This document shows positions 8,392 to 17,789 of a stretch of DNA of 64,000 nucleotides, piece after piece. Positions within the stretch are counted from its first letter, which is position 1, and each line of letters opens with the position of its first letter. Below the pieces are notes generated by a model. It did not search any database, had not been told where the DNA came from, and worked only from the letters and a program-made list of their open reading frames with translations. Origin of the DNA: an uncultured Lachnospiraceae bacterium (GTDB lineage: Bacteria; Bacillota; Clostridia; Lachnospirales; Lachnospiraceae); contig CAMJPM010000004.1 of NCBI GenBank assembly GCA_946407725.1, positions 6,488 to 70,487 of the forward strand. Direction: 5' to 3'. The translations under genes were made by a program, and so were the position numbers.

Positions 8392-9461
8392 GAGATATTT
8401 CATTTTACAAAGGAAAAAAGGTACTGATAACCGGGCATACCGGTTTTAAGGGAGGATACTTAAGCTCTGTCCTCGTAAGGGCAGGAGCAATAGTCACCGG
8501 TTATTCCCTGGAGCCGCCTACCACGCCTTCCCTTTTTAAGTTGTGTGGTCTTGAAGGGGACATAAATCATATCATCGGGGATGTTAGGGATTATGATAAG
8601 CTGTTAAAGACCTTTAGGGAAAATAAGCCGGAGATCGTTTTTCATCTGGCGGCCCAGCCAATTGTGAGAACTTCCTATAAGGAGCCCAGGCTTACATATG
8701 AGACAAATGTAATGGGTACCGTGAATATCCTTGAATGTATCAGAAATACGGACAGTGTCCGTTCTTTTCTGAATGTGACCACCGATAAGGTCTATCTGAA
8801 TGAGGATAAGGACACTGCTTTTACAGAGGATATGCCCCTTGACGGCTTTGATCCCTATTCCAACAGTAAATCCTGCTCGGAGCTTGTGACCCACAGCTAT
8901 GTCAAATCCTTTTTTAATACGGAGGACGCTCCCGCCATATCCACCGCCAGGGCAGGAAATGTCATAGGCGGCGGGGATTTTGCCTCCGACAGGCTTATAC
9001 CGGACTGTGTAAGGGCTGCCGAGAAAGGGGAAAACGTGGTCATAAGGAACCCGGGTTCCACCCGCCCCTTCCAGCATGTAATGGAGCCGGTGATGGTTTA
9101 CACCGATATTGCCATGCGCCAGTACGGGGATTTAAGCTTCGCAGACTATTACAATGTAGGGCCGGAGCTAAGTGATGTGAAAAGCGCCGGAGAGCTGGCG
9201 GAGATCTTTTGCAGGGAATGGGGAGAAGGTTTAAGCATCGTAAAGGGTGAGGTAAAAGGACCCCATGAAGCCGCATTCTTACGGCTGGACTGCACCAAGC
9301 TTAAGGAGAAGCTTGGCTGGAAGAGTATATGGAATGTGGAGGACGCCGTAAGGAATACGGTGCTCTGGAGCAGGATATATGTGAAGGGCGGAGATGTGAG
9401 AGGAGAGCTCCTGCGGCAGATAGATAATTATGTTACGGAATGGGGAAAGACTGATGTTTGA
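8388..9461 (+). CDS. rfbG: CDP-glucose 4,6-dehydratase
   Basis: KKVLITGHTGFKGGYLS Rossmann motif and SDR YxxxK (YSNSK). ATGA overlap with rfbF at 8388. Confidence 0.9.
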   Translation: MRDISFYKGKKVLITGHTGFKGGYLSSVLVRAGAIVTGYSLEPPTTPSLFKLCGLEGDINHIIGDVRDYDKLLKTFRENKPEIVFHLAAQPIVRTSYKEPRLTYETNVMGTVNILECIRNTDSVRSFLNVTTDKVYLNEDKDTAFTEDMPLDGFDPYSNSKSCSELVTHSYVKSFFNTEDAPAISTARAGNVIGGGDFASDRLIPDCVRAAEKGENVVIRNPGSTRPFQHVMEPVMVYTDIAMRQYGDLSFADYYNVGPELSDVKSAGELAEIFCREWGEGLSIVKGEVKGPHEAAFLRLDCTKLKEKLGWKSIWNVEDAVRNTVLWSRIYVKGGDVRGELLRQIDNYVTEWGKTDV

Positions 9462-10797
9462 TAATATGGGTGAAAAAGAGGCAAGAGAGGAGATACTTGC
9501 GGCAGTAAGGGAATACGCCGGGAAGTATCATAAAAAGGACAAACCCTATACAGAGGGGGACAGGATACCCTATGGGGGAAGATACTATGATTCGGAAGAA
9601 ATGGTAAATCTCGTGGATTCCTCCCTGGAATTCTTTCTTACGGCAGGGCGGTATACTGCAGAGTTTGAGCGGGAATTTGCTAAATATCTGGGAGTAAAGA
9701 GCGTTTCAGTGGTGAATTCCGGGTCCAGCGCAAATCTACTCGCCTTTATGACCCTTACAAGCCCTCTTCTAAAGGAACGGCAGATTAAAAGAGGAGATGA
9801 GGTTATAACTGTTGCAGCGGGCTTTCCCACAACGGTGGCACCCATTATCCAGTACGGTGCGGTACCGGTATTTCTGGATGTGACCATACCGGGATACAAT
9901 ATCGATGTGTCCATGCTGGAGAGCGCTTATTCAGAGAAGACAAAGGCGGTATTTATCGCCCATACCCTGGGAAATCCCTTTGATATTAAGGCTGTAAAGG
10001 ATTTCTGCGACGCCCACTCATTGTGGCTTATTGAAGATAACTGCGACGCCCTGGGCTCTGTATATGAGATGGGGGGAGAGGAAAAGCTCACCGGCACCAT
10101 AGGGGATATGGGGACATCAAGCTTTTATCCGCCCCATCACATGACCATGGGTGAAGGGGGCGCAGTTTACACCAACGATCCCCTGTTAAGCAAGATAATA
10201 CGCTCCATGAGGGACTGGGGAAGGGACTGCAGCTGTCCTCCGGGGGTGGATAATTCCTGCGGCCACCGTTATGACGCCAGATACGGGCTGCTGCCCGAAG
10301 GCTATGACCATAAATATGTCTATTCCCATCTGGGATATAATCTTAAAGCCACTGATATGCAGGCTGCCATCGGCTGTGCCCAGTTAAAGAAGATGCCTTT
10401 CTTCGTAAAGAGAAGGAGGGAGAACTTTGATATCATGAAAGAGGGATTAAAGGATATGCAGGAGGTCTTTATCCTTCCGGAGGAGACACCGGGGTCAAAG
10501 CCCTCCTGGTTCGGGTTTCTTCTGACTGTCAGAGAGGGCTGTGACAGAAACAAAATAGTTAAATATCTGGAAAATGAAAAGATCCAGACCAGGATGCTGT
10601 TTTCGGGAAATATCCTTAAGCATCCCTGTTTTGATGAGATAAGGAATGACGAAAGGGCATACAGGGTTGTATCGGAATTAGAGAATACGGACAGGATAAT
10701 GAGGGATTCATTCTGGGTCGGGCTTTACCCGGGGATGGATGAAAAACGTCTCCACAGGATGATAAAGGTTATCAGGGAAGCGGCAAACAATATATGA
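9454..10797 (+). CDS. rfbH: CDP-6-deoxy-L-threo-D-glycero-4-hexulose 3-dehydrase (E1, RfbH/DdhC-like; DegT/DnrJ/EryC1 fold)
   Basis: FYPPHHMTMGEGG (His in place of the PLP lysine, as I recall for E1) and a CSCPPGVDNSC CxCx7C cluster motif. Overlaps the rfbG stop. Confidence 0.8.
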   Translation: MFDNMGEKEAREEILAAVREYAGKYHKKDKPYTEGDRIPYGGRYYDSEEMVNLVDSSLEFFLTAGRYTAEFEREFAKYLGVKSVSVVNSGSSANLLAFMTLTSPLLKERQIKRGDEVITVAAGFPTTVAPIIQYGAVPVFLDVTIPGYNIDVSMLESAYSEKTKAVFIAHTLGNPFDIKAVKDFCDAHSLWLIEDNCDALGSVYEMGGEEKLTGTIGDMGTSSFYPPHHMTMGEGGAVYTNDPLLSKIIRSMRDWGRDCSCPPGVDNSCGHRYDARYGLLPEGYDHKYVYSHLGYNLKATDMQAAIGCAQLKKMPFFVKRRRENFDIMKEGLKDMQEVFILPEETPGSKPSWFGFLLTVREGCDRNKIVKYLENEKIQTRMLFSGNILKHPCFDEIRNDERAYRVVSELENTDRIMRDSFWVGLYPGMDEKRLHRMIKVIREAANNI

Positions 10798-12401
10798 AAA
10801 ACATCGCACTTTTGGACTGTACTCTCCGGGACGGGGGGTTCATAAATGAATGGCGTTTTGGAAGAGGAGATATAGTAAGTCTCTTTGAGAGATCGGTGTC
10901 GGCAGGCATTGATCTCATTGAGGCCGGGTTCCTGGATGAGAGAGAGGTATTTGATCCGGACCGGACCATCACTCCGGATTCCGAAGGCATGGACAGGCTG
11001 CTTAAGGGACTGTATCACGGCAATTCAAAAATATTTGCCATGATAGACTACGGCTGCTGCGATATATCCCGGATAAAGGATAAAAAAGATTCCGAAATAG
11101 ACGGAATACGGGTGATGATAAAGAAGAAAAACCGCCACGAGGCCATAGAATTCTGCAGGGAGTTAAAGAAGAAGGGGTATCTCGTGGGAGCACAGCCGGT
11201 CTCGGTCACCGGCTATGATGATGAAGAGATGATGGAGCTGGTGGATGAGATAAACGATCTCGATCCATTTGCCATGTATATCGTGGATACCTACGGGCTT
11301 CTGGACAGAAAGCAGCTGTTGCATATCTTTGACCTGATAGACGGCAGATTAAAAAAGGGTATTAAAATCGGATATCACGCCCATAACAATTTCCAACTGG
11401 CCTTTTCCAATTCCGTGGCGCTTATGGAAACAGCTTCGGATAGGGATATCATTATAGACGGCTCCGCCTACGGTATGGGAAAATCCGCAGGAAACTGCCC
11501 CTTAGAGCTCCTTACGGCCTATATGAATGAAAACAAGGGCAGCGCTTATCACACCAGCCAGATACTTGAGATGATAGATACGGGGATAATGAAGATCTAT
11601 GAAAAATCCCCCTGGGGTTATCAGATGCAGTATTTCCTCTGTGCCAGCAATGACTGCCATCCCAAATATCCCCAGTATCTTCTTAAGAAAAAGACCCTTT
11701 CCGTGAAACAGGTGGATGATATCCTCTCTGGGATAGAGGAAAAGGAGAGACTTGCCTTTAATCAGCAATACATAGAAAAGCTCTATGTGGAGTACCAGAA
11801 AAATAACATAAATGATGAAGAGAGCATAAGGAACCTTTCTTCCCTGCTGAAGGAAGCCGGGAGCATACTGGTTCTTGGACCCGGACCTTCCATAAAGAGG
11901 GAAAAGGAAAGGATAAGGGCCTATATTGAAAAGGAAAAGCCCCTTGTTATTTCAATAAATTTCCTGCCCGGGGATTTTGAAACGGATATGCTGTTCATCA
12001 GCAATTCGAAGCGGTATATGCAGCTCTCTTCGGCTCTTGAAAAGAGGAACGGTGAAAAGAAGCTGCCTGTGATCGCCACCAGCAATGTCACCGCGGTGAA
12101 GGACGATTTTGACTACAATGTGGATTATTCCGGGCTTATAGATGAAAGCTTTGAGATCCCGGATAATTCCCTGCCCATGTTTTTAAGGCTCTTATTAAAG
12201 ACCGGAGTTAAGGACGCGGCACTGGCGGGTTTTGACGGTTATATCGCCGAAAGGGGAAGGAATTACTCGGATCCCGGCATGGAATATGAATTTGCGGCTG
12301 ATTACGCCATCAAGCTCAATTCCTATACCGGAAATATCATAAGTGATGTGAGAAAGAAAATGAGTGTCAGTTTTGTAACAGGATCTCAATATGACAGATA
12401 A
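10794..12401 (+). CDS. HMGL-like (pyruvate carboxyltransferase/aldolase TIM barrel) protein with an extra ~190-aa C-terminal domain
   Basis: N-terminal LLDCTLRDGG and a downstream HAHNN metal motif. The C-terminal part carries ILVLGPGPSIK...VISINFLP...LFISNS, reminiscent of DUF115/MAF or GT42-type GNGPSL folds. Confidence 0.55.
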   Translation: MKNIALLDCTLRDGGFINEWRFGRGDIVSLFERSVSAGIDLIEAGFLDEREVFDPDRTITPDSEGMDRLLKGLYHGNSKIFAMIDYGCCDISRIKDKKDSEIDGIRVMIKKKNRHEAIEFCRELKKKGYLVGAQPVSVTGYDDEEMMELVDEINDLDPFAMYIVDTYGLLDRKQLLHIFDLIDGRLKKGIKIGYHAHNNFQLAFSNSVALMETASDRDIIIDGSAYGMGKSAGNCPLELLTAYMNENKGSAYHTSQILEMIDTGIMKIYEKSPWGYQMQYFLCASNDCHPKYPQYLLKKKTLSVKQVDDILSGIEEKERLAFNQQYIEKLYVEYQKNNINDEESIRNLSSLLKEAGSILVLGPGPSIKREKERIRAYIEKEKPLVISINFLPGDFETDMLFISNSKRYMQLSSALEKRNGEKKLPVIATSNVTAVKDDFDYNVDYSGLIDESFEIPDNSLPMFLRLLLKTGVKDAALAGFDGYIAERGRNYSDPGMEYEFAADYAIKLNSYTGNIISDVRKKMSVSFVTGSQYDR

Positions 12402-13068
12402 AAGGATTAAAGCGGTTCTGTGGGATATGGACGGAACCCTGTTCAATACAAAAAGAGGAATAGAAAAGGCTCTGATAGAAGCCTGTGATGAGCTTTCCAT
12501 AGAAAGGATCCCCACGGAAGAGGTGGATTTTTTCATAGGTCCCCCCATACAGATGAGCTTCAGGGACAGATGCGGTATGAGTGAGGATAAGGCAGCTGCA
12601 GCCGGAGATGTGTTCCGAAGGATATACAGGGGAAAGGGCTATGTAGAGGAGTGTGATCCCTATGAAGGCCTTGAGGGAACCTTAAAAAAGCTTAAGGACC
12701 GGGGCTATTATCTGGGAGTATGCACGTTAAAAAAACAGGACATGGCTGAGAGGATCATTAAGAAGTATGATATGTCCGGCCTCTTTGACAGCGTGGTGGG
12801 TACGGATGCTTTCGATTCCATTAAAAAAGAGGATACGGTCACCCTTTCCTGTGAAAAATTCGGCATCAGAGCTGACGAAGCCGTGCTTATCGGGGATACT
12901 GTCTTTGACCCTCTGGGGGCACAGAAAGCCGGATGTCTGTTTATCGGTGTGACATACGGATTCGGCTTCAAAACAAAAGAGGATGTGGATGAATATAACA
13001 ATATCGGGACAGCCTGTTCACCGGAGGAGGTCATGGAGATCATTTACTGCTACAACGGGGAGGACTGA
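12391..13068 (+). CDS. HAD-superfamily phosphatase (phosphoglycolate-phosphatase-like)
   Basis: Motif I LWDMDGTLFNT, motif II CTLK, motif III/IV K...IGDTVFD. Overlaps the upstream stop by 11 nt. Confidence 0.8.
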   Translation: MTDKRIKAVLWDMDGTLFNTKRGIEKALIEACDELSIERIPTEEVDFFIGPPIQMSFRDRCGMSEDKAAAAGDVFRRIYRGKGYVEECDPYEGLEGTLKKLKDRGYYLGVCTLKKQDMAERIIKKYDMSGLFDSVVGTDAFDSIKKEDTVTLSCEKFGIRADEAVLIGDTVFDPLGAQKAGCLFIGVTYGFGFKTKEDVDEYNNIGTACSPEEVMEIIYCYNGED

Positions 13069-13083
13069 TATAAAAGAAACATT

Positions 13084-15897
13084 ATGAGCAGGATATACTC
13101 GGTTTATTTAAGCTTCAAAAAACACAGATATGCGTTTTTCATATCCTACACGGTGTTGTTTTGTGTGTTTTCCCTGCTGGTATTCTGGTATTTTCCGTAT
13201 TTCCATAAAAGCTTTATCTGGCAGCAGGACGGCTTAAAACAGCACTATAACGGGCTTCTCTACTACAGTAAGTATCTGAAAGCCTTATTTCACGGGGTCT
13301 TCGCAGGGGAGGGCTTTAAGCTTCCCATGTGGGATTTTTCCATAGGCTACGGCTCGGATATCATTACAACCCTCCATTACTATGCCATAGGGGATCCCCT
13401 TACCTTATTGTCGGTATTTGTTCCCGTGTCCGTCATGGAGTTCTTTTATGCTTTTCTTTTTTTCCTGCGGTCATATCTTGGGGGACTGGGTTTTTCGCTG
13501 CTCTCGCTTGAAAGGGGCAACAGCAGGTTCTATACCCTGATTGGAGCCTTTATCTACTGTTTTGCGGCCTTTGGGCTTATACTGGGTCTTATGCACGGCA
13601 TTTTTATGGTGCCTGTGTGCTATTTTCCCTGGATGATCTACGGCACAGACCGTATTTTTAAGAAAGGTTCCCCGGCGGTATTCATACTGTCAGTAGCGGC
13701 GGCTGCCGCGGCTAATTTCTATTTCTTCTACATGGAAATTGTGCTTCTTATGCTGTATATCGCCCATAAGTTTTTCTGTGAGGAGCAGGACAGATACTCC
13801 GTCCGGCCGGGACTTAAAACCGTTATCACTGATTTCTTAAAGAGATTTGCGGAATTTCTGATATACGGACTTGATGCATTTTTGCTGTCTGCGGTTATAC
13901 TGCTGCCGGTTCTCAATGTTATGTTTTCATCCAAGAGATTTGCGGCACAGAAGTATGTTCCGGTGCTGTATTCATTAAAGCATTACCTCACCATCGCAGC
14001 GGATCTCATGATCACAAGGCGTGCCGGAAACTGGACACTTATGGGCTTTACGGCGGTGGGTGTTTTTTCCGTGATGCTGATCTTTACTTACTCCGGGAGT
14101 AAAAGGGAGATCAAGAGGATACGATTGAGATTTATCGTGCTTACGGCCTTTGCGATGATACCCGCCTGCGGCTTTGCATTAAACGGCTTTGCCTATGTCA
14201 CGAACCGATGGACCTTTGCCTGGGCTCTTTCGGCAGCGGTCGTGACTGCTACAGTACTTTCGGATAAAAAAAGGATCGATTATGACAGAAAGGAGTATTT
14301 TTACAGGATACTCTTTATCTTCGCATGGGCAACGGCGGCTTTCTTTTTTGTACGAAGCGAGGAGTCACTTTTGTCCCTTGTACTCCTCTTTGCCCTTTCC
14401 ATGGCTGTATTAAACGAGTATACACCAAAAGGGCTGTATAAGGGCATATTTTTTACCGTTCTTACCATGTCTCTTTTCTTAAACGGATGGTATGCCTATT
14501 CAACTGCGGACAGTAAGTTTTTAGACGAGTTTAAGGATTTCCATCAGGCGGACAGGGAGCTTAACGATACCACATACAGTGATATGGCGGATGAGCTTAA
14601 TGACGGTGGTTTTTTCAGGACGGAGATCGCAGGACCCGGTAAAACACAGAATAATTCCATACAGACGGGGTTTAAGGGAACCCAGTTCTATTTTTCCCTC
14701 ACAAGTCCATATATTTCGGACTTTATTAACAGTATGTATATGAACTGGCCCAAAGACTATGACTATGAGGGCGTGGAGCATCGTGCAGGTCTTGAGGCGC
14801 TGGCCAATGTAAAATACTTTATGGCGGGAGAGGATGATTCATGGGTGGTACCCTCAGGATTTAAGGAGATATCCAAAAAGGATACGGATAAGGGAAGGGT
14901 TGTGATTTATGAAAATGAAAATGCCCTGCCGCCTGTATATACTACAGACAGGATAATCAATCCCGATGATTTTGATAAGGCCCTTGTGACCGGAAGACAG
15001 AAGGCGCTTGTTTCCGGAGCGGTGCCGGAGAAAGATGATTTTAACGATCTGCTTTCCATGGGATACAAAGTGGGATCTTTCAAGGATGATTCCGTTGATG
15101 TGTTAAAGAGCATTGAGAAAAAGGGAGACATGGATATCACCGGAAATTCCTTTACAGTGAGAAAAAATGCCGGTGTGGAGATAAGCTTTGAGGGCACGGA
15201 TGAGGCTGAAACATATCTCTTCTTTTCAAACCTTCAATTTCAGGGCTATAACGAAAGACAAAAATATGACGACGGGGCATGGGCGGGGCTCACTCCTTAT
15301 GAACAGGCCAAGGTCAGGGACAGGAATACCACGGATTCCAGACCCAGCGTCACAAGTCTTATGATAATAAATGACGGTCACGAGAATATCGTGGAATTCT
15401 ATAATGAGCGGAATGATTTTTATTGCGGAAGAAAGAACTTCCTTGTAAATCTCGGTGTTACCGGAAAGGGTGAAAAGACCGCCACCATCTCCTTCAGGGA
15501 GCCGGGGATATATACCTTTGATTCCCTTGAGGTCAGATCCCAGAATGTGGAAAGCGTATTTAAGGGGATCTCGGAAATGAGAGAGGTACTGCCGGAGGAT
15601 ATTGAGATCACCGGGGATAAGATCAGCTGTTCCCTTGACACTGATAAGGCCAGGCTTCTTATGCTGTCCGTTCCCTACAGTACGGGATGGAGCGCCTTTG
15701 TGGACGGGGTTAAAACCCGGGTATACAGGGCAGATCTCATGTATATGGCAGTCCCGGTGGCTAATGGAATACACAGCATAGAGCTCAGGTACGAAACACC
15801 ATTATTAAGAACCGGAGCGTATTTAACCCTTATTGGAATAATATTGTTTTTCGTGCTATCATGGTATAGAAAAATACAAAAAAAGGATAAAGGATAA
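13084..15897 (+). CDS. YfhO-family polytopic membrane protein (GT-C-type extracytoplasmic glycosyltransferase)
   Basis: 937 aa, many TM segments then a large C-terminal extracytoplasmic domain and a terminal TM. Conserved WQQDGLKQHY and DFSIGYGSDIITTLHYYAIGDPLTLLSVF. Confidence 0.8.
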   Translation: MSRIYSVYLSFKKHRYAFFISYTVLFCVFSLLVFWYFPYFHKSFIWQQDGLKQHYNGLLYYSKYLKALFHGVFAGEGFKLPMWDFSIGYGSDIITTLHYYAIGDPLTLLSVFVPVSVMEFFYAFLFFLRSYLGGLGFSLLSLERGNSRFYTLIGAFIYCFAAFGLILGLMHGIFMVPVCYFPWMIYGTDRIFKKGSPAVFILSVAAAAAANFYFFYMEIVLLMLYIAHKFFCEEQDRYSVRPGLKTVITDFLKRFAEFLIYGLDAFLLSAVILLPVLNVMFSSKRFAAQKYVPVLYSLKHYLTIAADLMITRRAGNWTLMGFTAVGVFSVMLIFTYSGSKREIKRIRLRFIVLTAFAMIPACGFALNGFAYVTNRWTFAWALSAAVVTATVLSDKKRIDYDRKEYFYRILFIFAWATAAFFFVRSEESLLSLVLLFALSMAVLNEYTPKGLYKGIFFTVLTMSLFLNGWYAYSTADSKFLDEFKDFHQADRELNDTTYSDMADELNDGGFFRTEIAGPGKTQNNSIQTGFKGTQFYFSLTSPYISDFINSMYMNWPKDYDYEGVEHRAGLEALANVKYFMAGEDDSWVVPSGFKEISKKDTDKGRVVIYENENALPPVYTTDRIINPDDFDKALVTGRQKALVSGAVPEKDDFNDLLSMGYKVGSFKDDSVDVLKSIEKKGDMDITGNSFTVRKNAGVEISFEGTDEAETYLFFSNLQFQGYNERQKYDDGAWAGLTPYEQAKVRDRNTTDSRPSVTSLMIINDGHENIVEFYNERNDFYCGRKNFLVNLGVTGKGEKTATISFREPGIYTFDSLEVRSQNVESVFKGISEMREVLPEDIEITGDKISCSLDTDKARLLMLSVPYSTGWSAFVDGVKTRVYRADLMYMAVPVANGIHSIELRYETPLLRTGAYLTLIGIILFFVLSWYRKIQKKDKG

Positions 15898-15908
15898 AGG
15901 TACAGGCT

Positions 15909-17717
15909 ATGAAAATCAGAATTGCGGATTATATTGCTGATTTTTTGGTTAATCATAAGGTGGATACGGTTTTTACCGTTACCGGCGGCGGAGCCATGCA
16001 CTTAAATGATGCATTTGGTCATCATAAGGGGCTGCGCTGTATTTACAACCACCACGAACAGGGATCCGCCATAGCGGCGGAGGGATACACCAGGCTTACG
16101 GGAAAGGTGGCTGCTGTCTGTGTGACCAGCGGGCCCGGAGGGACCAACGCCATAACCGGTGTCTTTGACTGCTTTGTGGATTCCGTTCCCATGTTTGTGA
16201 TCTCCGGTCAGGTGAAGAGGGAAACCACCGTAAGATATACCGGCTGTTCCTTAAGACAGCTGGGAGATCAGGAATGTGATATCGTAAGGGTAGTGGAGCC
16301 CATTACCAAATTGGCGGTGATGATAGAAAAGCCCTATGAGATAAGGTATCAGCTTGAAAAAGCCTGGTATCTCGCAACCCACGGCAGACGGGGGCCGGTG
16401 TGGATAGATGTTCCGCTGGATATACAGGGAGCCATTGTGGAGACCGAACAGCTTACGGGCTTTGTAAGGGAAAACACCGAAAAGCTGGAACAGCCGCGTT
16501 TTGATAAGTCGGATGCGGACAGGATCATAGAAAGAATTGAGGTGTCCAGGCGCCCCGTGATCCTGGCAGGAGAGGGGATAAGACTGGGAGAGGCCTATAA
16601 GGAGTTTATAGAGACCACCAGCGCTTTAAGGATACCGGTGCTGACCTGCTGGAATGCCCAGGATCTTCTCTGGGATAACAATCCCTATTATGTGGGAATA
16701 CCGGGAACGGTAGGCCAGAGAGCTGCTAATTTCATCGTGCAGGCTGCGGACCTTCTGATCGTTCTGGGGTGCAGGATGAATATCCGGAATATCAGCTATA
16801 ATAAGCACCAGTTTGCGGAAAATGCCTATAAGATCCAGGTGGATATAGATGAAAATGAACTAAATAAGCCTACCGTAAAGATAGATATGAAGGTGCATGC
16901 GGATGTTAAGGATATCTGTGCCGAGCTGGCTCATGCCTCTGTGGATGAGGTGGGAAACCATAAGGCCTGGCTTAAGTGGTGCAGGAAATTAAAGGAGCGC
17001 TATCCCATCGCACTTCCGGAGCATTCGGAAAAGCCTAAACCCATGAACCCCTACGCTTTTCTGGACAGGCTTTCCGAAAAACTCACCGGTTCGGATGCGG
17101 TCATCTGCGGAAACGGGGCGGCCTGTGTACAGGTATTTCAGACCCTGAAGCTTAAAAAGGGCTGCCGGATCTTTACAAATTCCGGCTCCGCGGAAATGGG
17201 CTTTGCCCTGCCGGCTGCACTGGGAGCCGCTGCGTCAGGCAGCGGAAAGAGGATAATAGCCATAGACGGGGACGGTTCCTTTATGATGAATTTACAGGAG
17301 CTGCAGACCATAAAGCATAATGACCTTGATATAAAGATCATCATCCTGAATAATAACGGTTACCATTCCATAAGACAGACCCAGAAAAACCTGTTTTCGG
17401 GGAGAGAGCACGTGGGCATAGATAAGGAGAGCGGAGTATCCTTCCCGGATCTTAAAAAGCTTGCCGCAGCCTTTGATATACCTTATATGAAGGTGGATTC
17501 CTTAAAGAACGCGGATAAGGTGATCGGGGAAGCCCTTGGAACAAAGGGGGCGGTGCTTCTGGAGGCTGTTTTGGATGATTCCCAGGACTTTGAACCCAAG
17601 ACCTCATCAAAGGTGCTTAAGGACGGTTCCATAGTTTCTGCGGCTATTGACGATATGTTCCCCTTCCTGCCAAGGGAGGAATATGAAGCCGTGAAAAGCG
17701 AGGCGGCAAAGATCTGA
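15909..17717 (+). CDS. Thiamine-diphosphate-dependent enzyme, acetolactate-synthase/YerE-like
   Basis: Three-domain layout with TSGPGGTNAITGV (Pyr domain) and GDGSFMMNLQEL...NNNGY (ThDP/Mg motif). 602 aa. Confidence 0.85.
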   Translation: MKIRIADYIADFLVNHKVDTVFTVTGGGAMHLNDAFGHHKGLRCIYNHHEQGSAIAAEGYTRLTGKVAAVCVTSGPGGTNAITGVFDCFVDSVPMFVISGQVKRETTVRYTGCSLRQLGDQECDIVRVVEPITKLAVMIEKPYEIRYQLEKAWYLATHGRRGPVWIDVPLDIQGAIVETEQLTGFVRENTEKLEQPRFDKSDADRIIERIEVSRRPVILAGEGIRLGEAYKEFIETTSALRIPVLTCWNAQDLLWDNNPYYVGIPGTVGQRAANFIVQAADLLIVLGCRMNIRNISYNKHQFAENAYKIQVDIDENELNKPTVKIDMKVHADVKDICAELAHASVDEVGNHKAWLKWCRKLKERYPIALPEHSEKPKPMNPYAFLDRLSEKLTGSDAVICGNGAACVQVFQTLKLKKGCRIFTNSGSAEMGFALPAALGAAASGSGKRIIAIDGDGSFMMNLQELQTIKHNDLDIKIIILNNNGYHSIRQTQKNLFSGREHVGIDKESGVSFPDLKKLAAAFDIPYMKVDSLKNADKVIGEALGTKGAVLLEAVLDDSQDFEPKTSSKVLKDGSIVSAAIDDMFPFLPREEYEAVKSEAAKI

Positions 17718-17789
17718 AAAACAGGAAGACTGTATATGAAAAGCTACGATGACTGTTATTATACAGTCACAGACAGGTTAACATAATAT

